64,000 nucleotides of DNA from an uncultured Bacteroidales bacterium (GTDB lineage: Bacteria; Bacteroidota; Bacteroidia; Bacteroidales; Paludibacteraceae), in the NCBI GenBank assembly GCA_900317885.1, contig ONIM01000006.1:6975-70974 (forward strand), given 5' to 3'. Position numbers and translations under genes: made by a program. The notes under the pieces are model-generated. The model had not been told where the DNA came from. It saw only the letters and a list, made by a program, of their open reading frames with translations, and did no database searches. Of this stretch, positions 1 through 9,122 are shown piece after piece. Position 1 is the stretch's first letter. Every line of letters starts with the position of its first letter.

Positions 1-677
1 AGGAGACGTTCGAACTGGCTACTGCCATCTCCCGCCACGATATGACGGAGATCTCCAAAGAACTCGGAGACGTGCTTCTCCACGTTGTTTTCTATGCCAA
101 GATGGGCTCTGAGACGAACGACTTTGATATAGCCGACGTCTGCAACCGACTCTGCGACAAACTCATCTTCCGTCACCCGCATGTCTATGGAGACGAAGCT
201 GCCAAGAACGCCGAAGACGTCAGCCATCTCTGGGAGCAGGTCAAACTCAAAGAGAAAGGCGGCAACAAGACCGTCTTAGGCGGCATCCCGGACGGTCTGC
301 CTTCGCTCGTCAAAGCCTATCGCATCCAGGACAAAGTAGCGAACGTCGGTTTCGACTGGGAGAACCGCGAAGACGTATGGGCTAAAGTGAAAGAAGAAAT
401 AGCCGAATTCGAAGCCGAAATGCGCTCTTCAGATGAATCCGCCAAGTTTGGCGGATCCCTTGAAGCGGAATTCGGTGACATCCTCTTCGCCCTCATCAAC
501 GCAGCGCGCCTCTATAAGATCCGACCGGACAATGCCCTCGAGCAGACGAACCTCAAGTTCATGCGCCGCTTCAACTACGTGGAGCAAAAAGCGCACGAAC
601 AAGGCCGCGCGCTACAGGATATGTCCCTCAAAGAGATGGACGAGCTTTGGAATGAAGCGAAGAAAACGGAAAAGTGA
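1..677 (+). CDS. mazG: Nucleoside triphosphate pyrophosphohydrolase MazG (5' end cut by window edge)
   Basis: ORF 42..677 stays open in the same frame back to base 3 (ETFELATAISRHD precedes the listed Met). Two MazG-like helices are present: ELGDVLLHVVFYA and EFGDILFALINAARL. The PHVYG motif is present. Confidence 0.85.
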   Translation, partial: ETFELATAISRHDMTEISKELGDVLLHVVFYAKMGSETNDFDIADVCNRLCDKLIFRHPHVYGDEAAKNAEDVSHLWEQVKLKEKGGNKTVLGGIPDGLPSLVKAYRIQDKVANVGFDWENREDVWAKVKEEIAEFEAEMRSSDESAKFGGSLEAEFGDILFALINAARLYKIRPDNALEQTNLKFMRRFNYVEQKAHEQGRALQDMSLKEMDELWNEAKKTEK

Positions 678-680
678 TTT

Positions 681-1190
681 TTACTTCTCCTCTTTCGCTA
701 CAATAGGAGTGAACGTATAGGTGTTGGGTGAATATTTGTCGCCGGCCGTATTGGCTACCGTCAAATTGATAGGCTGACTTCCGGCGCGCTGGGGAATAAA
801 GCAAACCGTGACATTGCACATTAATATCTGGCGGTCCTGCGGAAAAACAAGTTTGCCTTTCTCCAAATCGCTCTTGGGATCAACGATTGTAGCGACAGCG
901 GAATCCACTTCCAGTTTGACCATGTGATCCAACGGATCGCTTGATACATGAAACGAAGTAAGGATATTATACCCGCCTTGCAGCAAAACAGGCAAACGCA
1001 GCGTATCACCTATACGGACGGTATCCACTAAATAAAGAGTGTCCTTCACACCTTCGGGAGACGTGCGGTACATTTGCGAATAAAAACGGATTGTAGGAGA
1101 AGAAACAGCCGAGTCATTCAGACACGAACTCATCATACACGCGCAACATAGGAGCGCGAGCGAAAATACAATAGAATGAAAATACCTCAT
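681..1190 (-). CDS. Hypothetical lipoprotein
   Basis: ORF 681..1202. The ATG at 1190 (MRYFHSIVFSLALLCCACMMSSC) gives a signal peptide plus lipobox Cys. The ATG at 1202 lies inside the tRNA acceptor stem, so 1190 is preferred. Confidence 0.6.
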   Translation of the reverse strand: MRYFHSIVFSLALLCCACMMSSCLNDSAVSSPTIRFYSQMYRTSPEGVKDTLYLVDTVRIGDTLRLPVLLQGGYNILTSFHVSSDPLDHMVKLEVDSAVATIVDPKSDLEKGKLVFPQDRQILMCNVTVCFIPQRAGSQPINLTVANTAGDKYSPNTYTFTPIVAKEEK

Positions 1191-1194
1191 AATG

Positions 1195-1276
1195 TGCGGC
1201 ATAAAAGACTCGAACTTTCACTCCTCGCGGAACCAGATCCTAAGTCTGGCGCGTCTACCAATTCCGCCAATGCCGC
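1195..1276 (-). tRNA. tRNA-Leu (anticodon TAG), type II with long variable arm, CCA not encoded
   Basis: The reverse complement reads GCGGCAT-TG-GCGGAATTGGTAGACGC-G-CCAGA-CTTAGGA-TCTGG-(variable arm TTCCGCGAGGAGT)-GAAAG-TTCGAGT-CTTTT-ATGCCGC-A. The 7-bp acceptor stem, D arm, anticodon stem-loop and T arm (TTCGAGT) all pair. Confidence 0.93.
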
Positions 1277-1408
1277 TCGCGTTCGGCAACAAGATTGCGA
1301 TGGTCCATACCGCTCCGCTAAATGGACGGGCAACTTGTGCCTCCGCTCTTCGGTCCGCAAACAGCCTTCGGCTTGGTTTACGTCCCGAGGTGGATTTAAA
1401 AACGGGTG

Positions 1409-1416
1409 CAAAGGTA
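1409..1416 (-). promoter_or_regulatory. Bacteroidota -7 promoter box (TACCTTTG on minus strand) upstream of tRNA-Leu
   Basis: Plus-strand CAAAGGTA is the reverse complement of TAnnTTTG. It is oriented toward the tRNA about 130 nt downstream. Confidence 0.45.
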
Positions 1417-1433
1417 CGAAGAAATTTTGAATT

Positions 1434-2705
1434 ATGCAAGAAAATTCGCAAACTTTTTATCATATTTTGCCAAATGGCGTAAAAATCGTCCATCGATGGA
1501 CACCTTCGCCTGTGGTATATGCGGGCGTAATGGTCGGCGCCGGGACGCGCGACGAAGCCCCCGAAGAAAACGGAATGGCGCATTATATCGAGCACTGTGT
1601 CTTCAAAGGCACAACCCACCACTCCGCGCGGCAAATCATTCATTCCATCGAAGGCATCGGAGGAGAGATTAACGCCTATACCACCAAAGAGGAGACCACT
1701 TTCTATGCCGCCATCCTTGCCGAACACGTTCAGCTGACGCTGCATCTCATTGCAGAGATGATTCTCCAGCCCACGTTCAAAAAAGAAGAGACAGACAAAG
1801 AGCGGATGGTCATTATGGATGAGATAGAGAGCTACAACGACAGCCCCTCTGAACTCATCTACGACGATTTCGAGAGCCTCGTTTTCGCCGGTTCCAGCCT
1901 CGAGATGCCCATTTTAGGCACCAAAAAGACACTCAGACACATCTCTTCCAAACCCTCCTACCCGCTCGAATGGATGAAAACCCACTACACACCCGACCGG
2001 ATGGTGGTTTTCTGTCAGGGAAACGTCAAACCCGAAAAAATCTTCCGACTCGCCGAAAAAGAATTCGGCTCACTTCCTACCCAACCTCAAAACACGCCCA
2101 ACACCGACGGTCAACCGACGGTCAACCGACAGTCAACCGACGGTCAAAGCCCCTGTAAGTTCGAGGTTTCTTACCGGAAAAACACCCACCAGGTCCACGC
2201 GATGATGGGTGGAAAAGCGTATCCGCTGGGGCATGAGAAACAACTGCCGATGTTTTTGCTCAATAACATCTTGGGCGGCGGAAGTCTCAACAGCCGGCTC
2301 AATCTCTCGCTACGTGAGTCCAAAGGCCTTGTATATACCGTCGAATCAACCTATACACCCCTTTCCGACACAGGCTACTGGTGCATCTATTGGGCGTGCG
2401 ACCCGGAGGACTACACCCAAAGTCTGGCGATGGTGCAAAAAGAGCTGGACAAACTACGCGAGACACCGCTCACGCAATCCGCTTTACGTCACGCGCTCAT
2501 TCAACTACGCGGACAATTAGCCATCTCCGCGCAAAACCAGGAAAACGCAGCGCTCGCCATGGCAAAATCGATGCTATACCATGGTTCGGCACCAGATTGG
2601 CAGCAAACTTTCGAAAAAATAGCAAATACGACACCACAAGAGCTTTTTGAAGTAGCAAATGATTTGTTTTTGGCGCAAAATCGTTACATTTTGACATACA
2701 AATAG
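1434..2705 (+). CDS. M16 (pitrilysin/insulinase) family zinc peptidase
   Basis: 423-aa ORF with the inverted zinc motif HxxEH (HYIEHCVFKGT) near the N-terminus. Length is typical for M16B. Confidence 0.88.
   Translation: MQENSQTFYHILPNGVKIVHRWTPSPVVYAGVMVGAGTRDEAPEENGMAHYIEHCVFKGTTHHSARQIIHSIEGIGGEINAYTTKEETTFYAAILAEHVQLTLHLIAEMILQPTFKKEETDKERMVIMDEIESYNDSPSELIYDDFESLVFAGSSLEMPILGTKKTLRHISSKPSYPLEWMKTHYTPDRMVVFCQGNVKPEKIFRLAEKEFGSLPTQPQNTPNTDGQPTVNRQSTDGQSPCKFEVSYRKNTHQVHAMMGGKAYPLGHEKQLPMFLLNNILGGGSLNSRLNLSLRESKGLVYTVESTYTPLSDTGYWCIYWACDPEDYTQSLAMVQKELDKLRETPLTQSALRHALIQLRGQLAISAQNQENAALAMAKSMLYHGSAPDWQQTFEKIANTTPQELFEVANDLFLAQNRYILTYK
2103..2146 (+). repeat. 11-nt tandem repeat x4 (ACCGACGGTCA) inside the M16 peptidase CDS
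   Basis: accgacggtca/accgacggtca/accgacagtca/accgacggtca, read directly. Encodes TDGQPTVNRQSTDGQ. Confidence 0.95.
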
Positions 2706-2743
2706 CACAAAAACATTTTTTTTCGCATTTTTCTTCCAAAATA

Positions 2744-2775
2744 TTTGGTCATATCGAAAAATTGTAGTAACTTTG
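2744..2775 (+). promoter_or_regulatory. Bacteroidota promoter (-33 TTTG, -7 TAACTTTG) for the SusC-like gene
   Basis: TTTG at 2744-2747 and TAACTTTG at 2768-2775, about 20 nt apart and about 105 nt upstream of the ATG at 2882. Confidence 0.5.
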
Positions 2776-2881
2776 CGCGATTTTTCATTTGTGCGCGTAT
2801 GCGTATCCTTAAAATATATGCATACATACGCACGTAAAGAAGGGAAATGCAGAAACAACAATTAACTAATTATAACAAACA

Positions 2882-5800
2882 ATGAAGAAGATTTTTACAC
2901 TTATGTTTCTCGCCGCGATGAGCATTGGGTTGTTCGCGCAGAAACAAGTAAGCGGTGTAGTAGTCTATGAGAATGGGGATCCGGTTATCGGCGCCAGCAT
3001 TCAGGCACAGGGTACTACACAGGGTACTATCTCGGATTACGATGGTAAGTTCGAGATGGAGGTACCGGAGTCTGTGAAGACTTTGGTTATCAGTTATGTA
3101 GGTATGGCTACCCAAGAGGTAGCAGCCGGTAAGAACCTCAAGATCACGATGAAGGAGAACTCCGAGATCATCCAGGAGGTTGTCGTTACCGGTTACGGTA
3201 CCGTTTCCAAAGGCGCTTATGCCGGTTCGGCTCAAGCTGTAAAGGCAGAGGACATTGAGAAGAAAAACCCGTCGGATATCACCAAGGCTTTAGCCGGTGA
3301 GGTTGCCGGTGTACAGGTGGTTAACTCCAGCGGTCAGCCAGGTTCCGTAGCATCAATCCGTATCCGCGGTATCGGTTCTATCAATGCTAGCAGTACGCCG
3401 CTCTACGTAGTAGATGGTATTCCTTTGGATGCAGGTTCGATCAGCTCGATTGACCCGAGCGATATTGCTTCTACCACCATCCTGAAGGATGCAACTGCTA
3501 CTTCTCTCTATGGTAGCCGTGGTGCCAATGGTGTTGTGGTAATCACAACCAAGAAAGGTAGTTCCAATGGAGATGACGGTAAGATTGAGATCGACGTAAA
3601 GGCCGGTGCCAACATGCGTCTGCTCCCGATGTATGACGTAATTGACTCCCCGGAGGAGTATGTTACGCTTGCATGGCAGAGTCTCTACAACCAGCGTTAT
3701 GTTAAGACGAACAACGAGGATAAAGCTATTGAATATGCACATAAGAATTTATATAGCAAGAATGGTATCCCTACCCTCTATAACCTGTGGGATCAACCGG
3801 GCAACCTGCTTATCAATCCTTACGATGCAGCCGGAAATGTAAAGCCTTCTTTCAGCAGCGATGCGCATCGTCTGGCAGCTTTCCAGAATATGGATAGTTG
3901 GTATAACACATTGTTCCACAACGGTCTGAAACTCGAGGCTACCGCAAAAATCAGCGGCGGTAACGAGAAGCTGAATTACTATACTTCCTTCGGTTATCTG
4001 AAGGACGAGGGTTACTATACCGCTTCGGATTTCCAGCGTTTCAACACCCGCGCGAACATTAACTATCAGGCTAAGAAATGGCTGAAAGGTGGATTGAATA
4101 TCCAATATTCGTACGCTGCCATCAGCAACCCGGTACAGGACGATGCAGCTGCGAACAACGGATTCTTGTTTGTTAACCAGATTCCGCCGATTTACCCGGT
4201 TTATGTACATGATCCTGTTACGGGTGCTATCATGACCGATCCGAAGACCGGTGGTAAGATGTACGACTACGGTGATAACGGTGATGAAAACATCGGTCAG
4301 ACCGGTGGTCGTCCCTATTCGTTCGGTATCAACCCAGCCGGTGCATTGGAGTGGGACAAGCAAAAGACGGTTCGCCACCAGACGGTTGCCAACGCATTCT
4401 TGGAGTTCAAACTCTACGAAGGTCTGAAATTCACCCTCAATGCAGGTGTACAATATATGAACAACCGCATCAACAGTTTGACCAACAAATACTACGGCGA
4501 TGCAGCCGGAGTAGGTCGTGTAGCGAATGCGCAGTACAATTATCTGGCCTTCACCAGCAACCAGTTGTTGGAGTACAACAAGTCCTTTAACGAGCACACT
4601 ATTCGTGTAATGGCAGGTCACGAGATCACCTACTTCACCTACAATTACCAATATGGTTACAAAAAGAACATTGTAGAGGACAACGCGAATGAGTTAAGTA
4701 ATGGTGTTAGCATGGACGGCGTAGAAGGTTACGCTCGTACGAGCACTCTGGAGTCCGCTCTGGCTACCGCTACCTACGAGTACGACAACCGCTATTTGAT
4801 TACCGCCAACTACCGCGCCGACGGTTCTTCCAAGTTTGCGAAGGGTCACCGTTGGGGTCATTTCGGTTCAGTAGGTGCTGCATGGAACTTCACTAACGAG
4901 CATTTCTACGAGGGAACCACCGTAGCAGACTGGATCAAGAACGGTAAACTGCGTTTAAGCTGGGGTGTATTGGGTAATCAGGATATCGGTGATATGATGT
5001 TCTCCGACCAATATAGCGTAGAGAACGTGGACGGCAACAAAGGTTATGTTTGGGCATACAAAGGTAATCCGGAGTTGACCTGGGAGCGCACCAGCACGAT
5101 TGACCTCGGTCTGGAGTTCAGCCTCAGCAAGTATTTGGATGTAGAGTTTGACTATTTCTACAAAAAGACCGATAACATGCTCTTCCTCCGCCGTGTAGCT
5201 CCGTCTCTGGGTTATAGCGGATATTACGTCAATGATGCGGCGATGGAGAACCAGGGTATTGAGTTCGACCTTAAGGCACATGCGCTCGATATGCGTAATA
5301 TCAAGTTGGATATCCGTTTGAACGGTGGTTACTATCGTAATAAGATGCTTCAGATGCCTATTGACGGCTACAATGAAGATGGTACGCCAAAACGTATGAT
5401 CATGAATGGTGGTATGTCTGCCGGACACTCCGTATATGATTGGTATTTAGTTCATTACGAAGGCATCAACGAAAATGGTGAAGCTACATACACCGCTTAC
5501 TATGACGCTACGAATGGCGGTAAGTTCGGCAAAACCAATGCGGAACTCGACAACACCGGTGATAACTACATCAGTTCGGTTTATGAATACCGTCTCAAAC
5601 ACCCGGATGCAAAGATTGAGAAGACTACCGTCACCGGTACGGATTACAACTACGCCGGATCAGATTACGTAGGCAAGAGCGCCATGCCGGATCTCGATGG
5701 TGGTTTTGGTCTTGATTTCGAGGCATATGGTGTAACCCTGAGCATCAGTTGCAGCTACCGTATCGGCGGTTATGGATACGATAACATGTATGCTTCGTTG

Positions 5801-6190
5801 ATGCATAGCGACAAGATCGGTAAACAAAACTGGCACAAAGACATCCGTAATGCATGGACCCCGGGTACCGTAGTTACCGACGATAACAAGATGACTCTCG
5901 CTCCGCGTTTGAGCAACGGTGCTGACCAATATGCTAACACTGGAGACCGTTTCCTGACGAGCAACTCGTACCTGAGTTTGAATAACATCAACCTCGGTTA
6001 CAAGTTCCCGAAGAAATGGATTGAGAAGATCAAACTGAACACCCTGCAAATCTGGGTAGCAGCCGACAATCTGGCTATCGCAACGGCACGTAAGGGTTAC
6101 AACCCGATGATGTCCGGTGACGGTTCGAACGGCTACAGTGACTATAGCCCGCTGTCCACCGTAATGGCCGGTGTTAAAGTTCAATTCTAA
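2882..6190 (+). CDS. SusC/RagA-family TonB-dependent outer-membrane transporter
   Basis: 1102 aa. Signal peptide, N-terminal CarboxypepD_reg-like domain (VSGVVVYENGDPVIGASIQAQGTTQGTISDYDGKF), plug region, C-terminal aromatic residue (VKVQF). Immediately followed by a SusD-like gene. Confidence 0.95.
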   Translation: MKKIFTLMFLAAMSIGLFAQKQVSGVVVYENGDPVIGASIQAQGTTQGTISDYDGKFEMEVPESVKTLVISYVGMATQEVAAGKNLKITMKENSEIIQEVVVTGYGTVSKGAYAGSAQAVKAEDIEKKNPSDITKALAGEVAGVQVVNSSGQPGSVASIRIRGIGSINASSTPLYVVDGIPLDAGSISSIDPSDIASTTILKDATATSLYGSRGANGVVVITTKKGSSNGDDGKIEIDVKAGANMRLLPMYDVIDSPEEYVTLAWQSLYNQRYVKTNNEDKAIEYAHKNLYSKNGIPTLYNLWDQPGNLLINPYDAAGNVKPSFSSDAHRLAAFQNMDSWYNTLFHNGLKLEATAKISGGNEKLNYYTSFGYLKDEGYYTASDFQRFNTRANINYQAKKWLKGGLNIQYSYAAISNPVQDDAAANNGFLFVNQIPPIYPVYVHDPVTGAIMTDPKTGGKMYDYGDNGDENIGQTGGRPYSFGINPAGALEWDKQKTVRHQTVANAFLEFKLYEGLKFTLNAGVQYMNNRINSLTNKYYGDAAGVGRVANAQYNYLAFTSNQLLEYNKSFNEHTIRVMAGHEITYFTYNYQYGYKKNIVEDNANELSNGVSMDGVEGYARTSTLESALATATYEYDNRYLITANYRADGSSKFAKGHRWGHFGSVGAAWNFTNEHFYEGTTVADWIKNGKLRLSWGVLGNQDIGDMMFSDQYSVENVDGNKGYVWAYKGNPELTWERTSTIDLGLEFSLSKYLDVEFDYFYKKTDNMLFLRRVAPSLGYSGYYVNDAAMENQGIEFDLKAHALDMRNIKLDIRLNGGYYRNKMLQMPIDGYNEDGTPKRMIMNGGMSAGHSVYDWYLVHYEGINENGEATYTAYYDATNGGKFGKTNAELDNTGDNYISSVYEYRLKHPDAKIEKTTVTGTDYNYAGSDYVGKSAMPDLDGGFGLDFEAYGVTLSISCSYRIGGYGYDNMYASLMHSDKIGKQNWHKDIRNAWTPGTVVTDDNKMTLAPRLSNGADQYANTGDRFLTSNSYLSLNNINLGYKFPKKWIEKIKLNTLQIWVAADNLAIATARKGYNPMMSGDGSNGYSDYSPLSTVMAGVKVQF

Positions 6191-6209
6191 ACCATAGGAG
6201 ATTACTAAT

Positions 6210-7817
6210 ATGAAAAAGATACAATATTTATTTGCAACAATTGTGTTGGGTTTGGGTCTCACCTCCTGTGGTGACAGTTTCTTAACCCAATACCCCGAGG
6301 GCGGTGTACTCCTTGAGGATCAGTTCGCCAAACTTCCGGATAACCTGAAAGGATCTATTCTCGGTATCTACTCCAAACTCTATGAGTACGGAGGTGCGCA
6401 TGACGCATTTGGTCTACGCTCGATAGACATGTACGGTGATATCCAGAGCGGCGATATGGCGATGGCCAGTAGCAGTTACGGATGGTTTGAGATGTACGAG
6501 CGCGGTTATTTTTACTCTCATGCACAGGGATATCTCTGGTCGTTCTACTATGACATTATCAATCTGGCAAACCTCGGCACATTGGCCGTAGAGCAAAATA
6601 GCGCAGAGATTTTGAATACGATTACTTCCGGAGAAGACCCCCTGGAGACCATCAAACTGCAAGGCTACTACTATGGTCAGCTGTTAGCTATCCGTGGATG
6701 GGCATACGCAAGTCTCCTGAATTACTACTGCGATCCGATGGATGCATTGGATGAGCCGATGGACGTTGAGAAAGCCCTGCCGGTATATACCGAGTTGGAC
6801 TTGGACACTCTCGGAGCACCTCTTTCTACTGTATCCGAAGTCTATGAGCGTGTATATGAGGATCTCTCCACTGCGATTGATGTATTGGACTACTACGGCG
6901 CGCTTAACCAACGTAGTTCGAAACTTGAGGTTACCGCAGATGTAGCCCGTATCATGCTGGCTTACGCCATGCTGAACCATGGTCATTCAGAGATCACTAT
7001 AGCCGGCGGCAAAAATGCATATCAGATTGCGCAAGAGCAGGCAGAAGCCGTTATCGGCAAATACCCCATCCTGTCCAAAGAAGAGTTACTGACTACCGGC
7101 TTCTCGGATGTAAACGCCAAAAACTGGTTGTGGGGTCAGGATGTAACGGTTGAAACTACTACCGCACTCGCTTCTTTCTTTGGACAAGTAGATATCCATA
7201 GTTATAGTTATGCGGCTGCAGGTGATACCAAGGCGATTGACAGTAAATTATACGACGAAATTGTTGCTACCGGTTGGGATGCCCGCGTGGGCTGGTTTAA
7301 CAAGCCCGGCGACACAGCACCTTATGCTCCCGGTCGCAAATTCTACAACCCGACCACAAAAGACGAGACAAAACTTGACAAAGTGGATCGTAACTGGTTG
7401 TGCGACAATGTCTTTATGCGTGTCGAAGTAGCATATCTGATTGCCGCAGAAGCAGCCTATCAGAATGGCGACGAGGCAGCTGCAAAGAGCCATTTACAGG
7501 CACTTTGTGATGAGCGTGTATTGGACGGAAAAGATGCAGAATATAACGCTTGGCTCGGTACGCTTTCCGGAGACGCACTCAAAAAGGCAATTGCCTATAA
7601 CTGGCGTGTAGAGATGTGGGGTGAAGGTTATGGTCTGCAGACCTTGCGTCGTCTGACCAAAACGGTAACCTTAGGAACAAACCACTTGGATCGTGGCGAA
7701 CAAAACGTATCGGTTGAGGGAGCGGAATACATCAGGTACCAATGCGAAATCCCGACCACAGAGACACGTTACAACCCGGCTCTGGCGACCACGGTTTTAA
7801 CGCAAGACAAAAAATAA
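6210..7817 (+). CDS. SusD/RagB-family nutrient-binding outer-membrane lipoprotein
   Basis: 535 aa. Lipoprotein signal (LGLTSCGDSF). Position directly after SusC-like gene. TPR-like helical composition typical of SusD. Confidence 0.9.
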   Translation: MKKIQYLFATIVLGLGLTSCGDSFLTQYPEGGVLLEDQFAKLPDNLKGSILGIYSKLYEYGGAHDAFGLRSIDMYGDIQSGDMAMASSSYGWFEMYERGYFYSHAQGYLWSFYYDIINLANLGTLAVEQNSAEILNTITSGEDPLETIKLQGYYYGQLLAIRGWAYASLLNYYCDPMDALDEPMDVEKALPVYTELDLDTLGAPLSTVSEVYERVYEDLSTAIDVLDYYGALNQRSSKLEVTADVARIMLAYAMLNHGHSEITIAGGKNAYQIAQEQAEAVIGKYPILSKEELLTTGFSDVNAKNWLWGQDVTVETTTALASFFGQVDIHSYSYAAAGDTKAIDSKLYDEIVATGWDARVGWFNKPGDTAPYAPGRKFYNPTTKDETKLDKVDRNWLCDNVFMRVEVAYLIAAEAAYQNGDEAAAKSHLQALCDERVLDGKDAEYNAWLGTLSGDALKKAIAYNWRVEMWGEGYGLQTLRRLTKTVTLGTNHLDRGEQNVSVEGAEYIRYQCEIPTTETRYNPALATTVLTQDKK

Positions 7818-7878
7818 TTAATTTAGACAAAATGTCTATTGAATTATAACTAACTTTATTAACTAAAAAAGTACAATT

Positions 7879-9024
7879 ATGAAAAAGTATTTAGTTGTAT
7901 TGGCAGCACTGGCAATGGTATTGGTAGGCTGCAAGGACAAAGAAAAAGAAGGTGGCAGCGAGTACACCAAGATTTCCATCAAACAAAGTGAGATTACTCT
8001 CGCAGCAGGTGAGACTTACAAGTTGAACCTGCTCTATGAACCGACTACATTGGATGCTCCTGCATGTACTTGGTCAAGCAGCAACGCAGAGGTAGCAACT
8101 GTAGCAAACGGTACCGTTACCGCTGTTGCTCCGGGCGAGGCTACTATCACCGCTAAGTTGGGTGAGTTATCTGCTGCCTGCAAAGTAATCGTTAAGACCG
8201 TTTACGGCGCTTACGAGATTGAAGATTACGGTGTTTTCGGTACTAAACCGGATAGCGTGATCGCAGGAACCGATACGCTCATCAATCTGCCGTGGGCTGG
8301 AGGTGCGTTCAACTGCCAGCTTGCTTTCTGGCCGGTACTGGCATGGGATGGAGACCTGACCTACGTAAGTGGTAGTGGTTTCCAAGGCGCAGGTCTGTTG
8401 CTCTATTCTACTGTTCCTTTCTACACTATTAATGATGAGAACGCTGGACAGGACAACGGCACTCCGGTCGGCTGGGGTAGTTTCAATTTCAAAGACGTGA
8501 ATGGAAAAGCTCGTAGAAACAACGTTGGTCAGGCAGGTAAGATGGACAGAGACAAATACTGCGAGTACATGGATTCCTACATCACTGAACTTTTGGCTGG
8601 TGGTAAAGGAGAGAACATCAAGTGGGATTTATTCCCTGAGGCAATCGATCAAAAGAGCGCTATCATCTTCGTTGCTGACTACACCGCTAAAGAGCCGGAG
8701 TGGGAGATTGACTACGGATTGGTACGTGCTCTTGTAAAAGACATGGAACTTGTATGGGACGCTGAGGCAAAGGCATTCTCGTACACCGCAACTATCGATT
8801 GGTTCAACAATCTGGATGAAAATCACTACTTTGGTTTGGCTTACACCGAGGAAGGCGTAACAAAACCGTATGACCTGAGCATCATCACTGAGAAGTATGC
8901 TTATGGCAATCCGGTAAATAATGCTCCTGCACTGAACGAGCCGTATAAACTAAAACACTACAAAGAGATTCCTGAGATCAGATTAGGTCGCAAAGTTGTT
9001 ACCGATATGTTGACCAAAAAGTAA
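7879..9024 (+). CDS. Surface lipoprotein with bacterial Ig-like (Big_2) domain, PUL accessory protein
   Basis: Lipobox (LVGCKDK). Big_2-like segment ITLAAGETYKLNLLYEP...WSSSNAEVATVANGTVTAVAPGEATITAKLGELSAACKVIV. Confidence 0.75.
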   Translation: MKKYLVVLAALAMVLVGCKDKEKEGGSEYTKISIKQSEITLAAGETYKLNLLYEPTTLDAPACTWSSSNAEVATVANGTVTAVAPGEATITAKLGELSAACKVIVKTVYGAYEIEDYGVFGTKPDSVIAGTDTLINLPWAGGAFNCQLAFWPVLAWDGDLTYVSGSGFQGAGLLLYSTVPFYTINDENAGQDNGTPVGWGSFNFKDVNGKARRNNVGQAGKMDRDKYCEYMDSYITELLAGGKGENIKWDLFPEAIDQKSAIIFVADYTAKEPEWEIDYGLVRALVKDMELVWDAEAKAFSYTATIDWFNNLDENHYFGLAYTEEGVTKPYDLSIITEKYAYGNPVNNAPALNEPYKLKHYKEIPEIRLGRKVVTDMLTKK

Positions 9025-9042
9025 TCTTTTAGATTAGTTTTT

Positions 9043-9087
9043 TCAAAAAAAATCCTGCATACTCTTGCGTATGTGGGATTTTTTTTG
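9043..9087 (+). terminator. Rho-independent (bidirectional-looking) terminator
   Basis: A-run, then a 12-bp stem AATCCTGCATAC/GTATGTGGGATT (two G-U pairs) with loop TCTTGC, then T8. Confidence 0.7.
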
Positions 9088-9095
9088 TACCTTTG
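9088..9095 (+). promoter_or_regulatory. -7 promoter box TACCTTTG for the M6 protease gene
   Basis: Exact TAnnTTTG match 28 nt upstream of the ATG at 9123, directly after the terminator. Confidence 0.5.
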
Positions 9096-9122
9096 CGGCC
9101 TAAATTGGAAAATTGTGCATAT

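Noticed and set aside
1195-1276. tRNA-Leu as an integration site for a genomic island or prophage.
   Set aside because: There is no integrase, no direct repeat of the tRNA 3' end, and no phage or transposase genes in the flanks.
1277-1408. Calling the leader upstream of tRNA-Leu as SRP (4.5S) RNA, 6S RNA or a second tRNA.
   Set aside because: The size is compatible with 4.5S RNA, but I could not find the conserved domain IV motif (GGAA-type tetraloop with flanking AGCA/GGAAG loops). It also lacks a cloverleaf. It is kept only as an unclassified structured leader in the findings.
9093-9122. Upstream alternative starts offered by the ORF track (9093 TTG for the M6 protease, 16748 for murE, 43431 for batC, 35639 for the T9SS protein, 38183 for small lipoprotein A2, 42643 and 44414 for batB and batD).
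   Set aside because: The extensions overlap the preceding gene or lack a signal peptide. Internal ATGs give canonical signal peptides or lipoboxes, or ATGA/TAATG coupling with the upstream stop.
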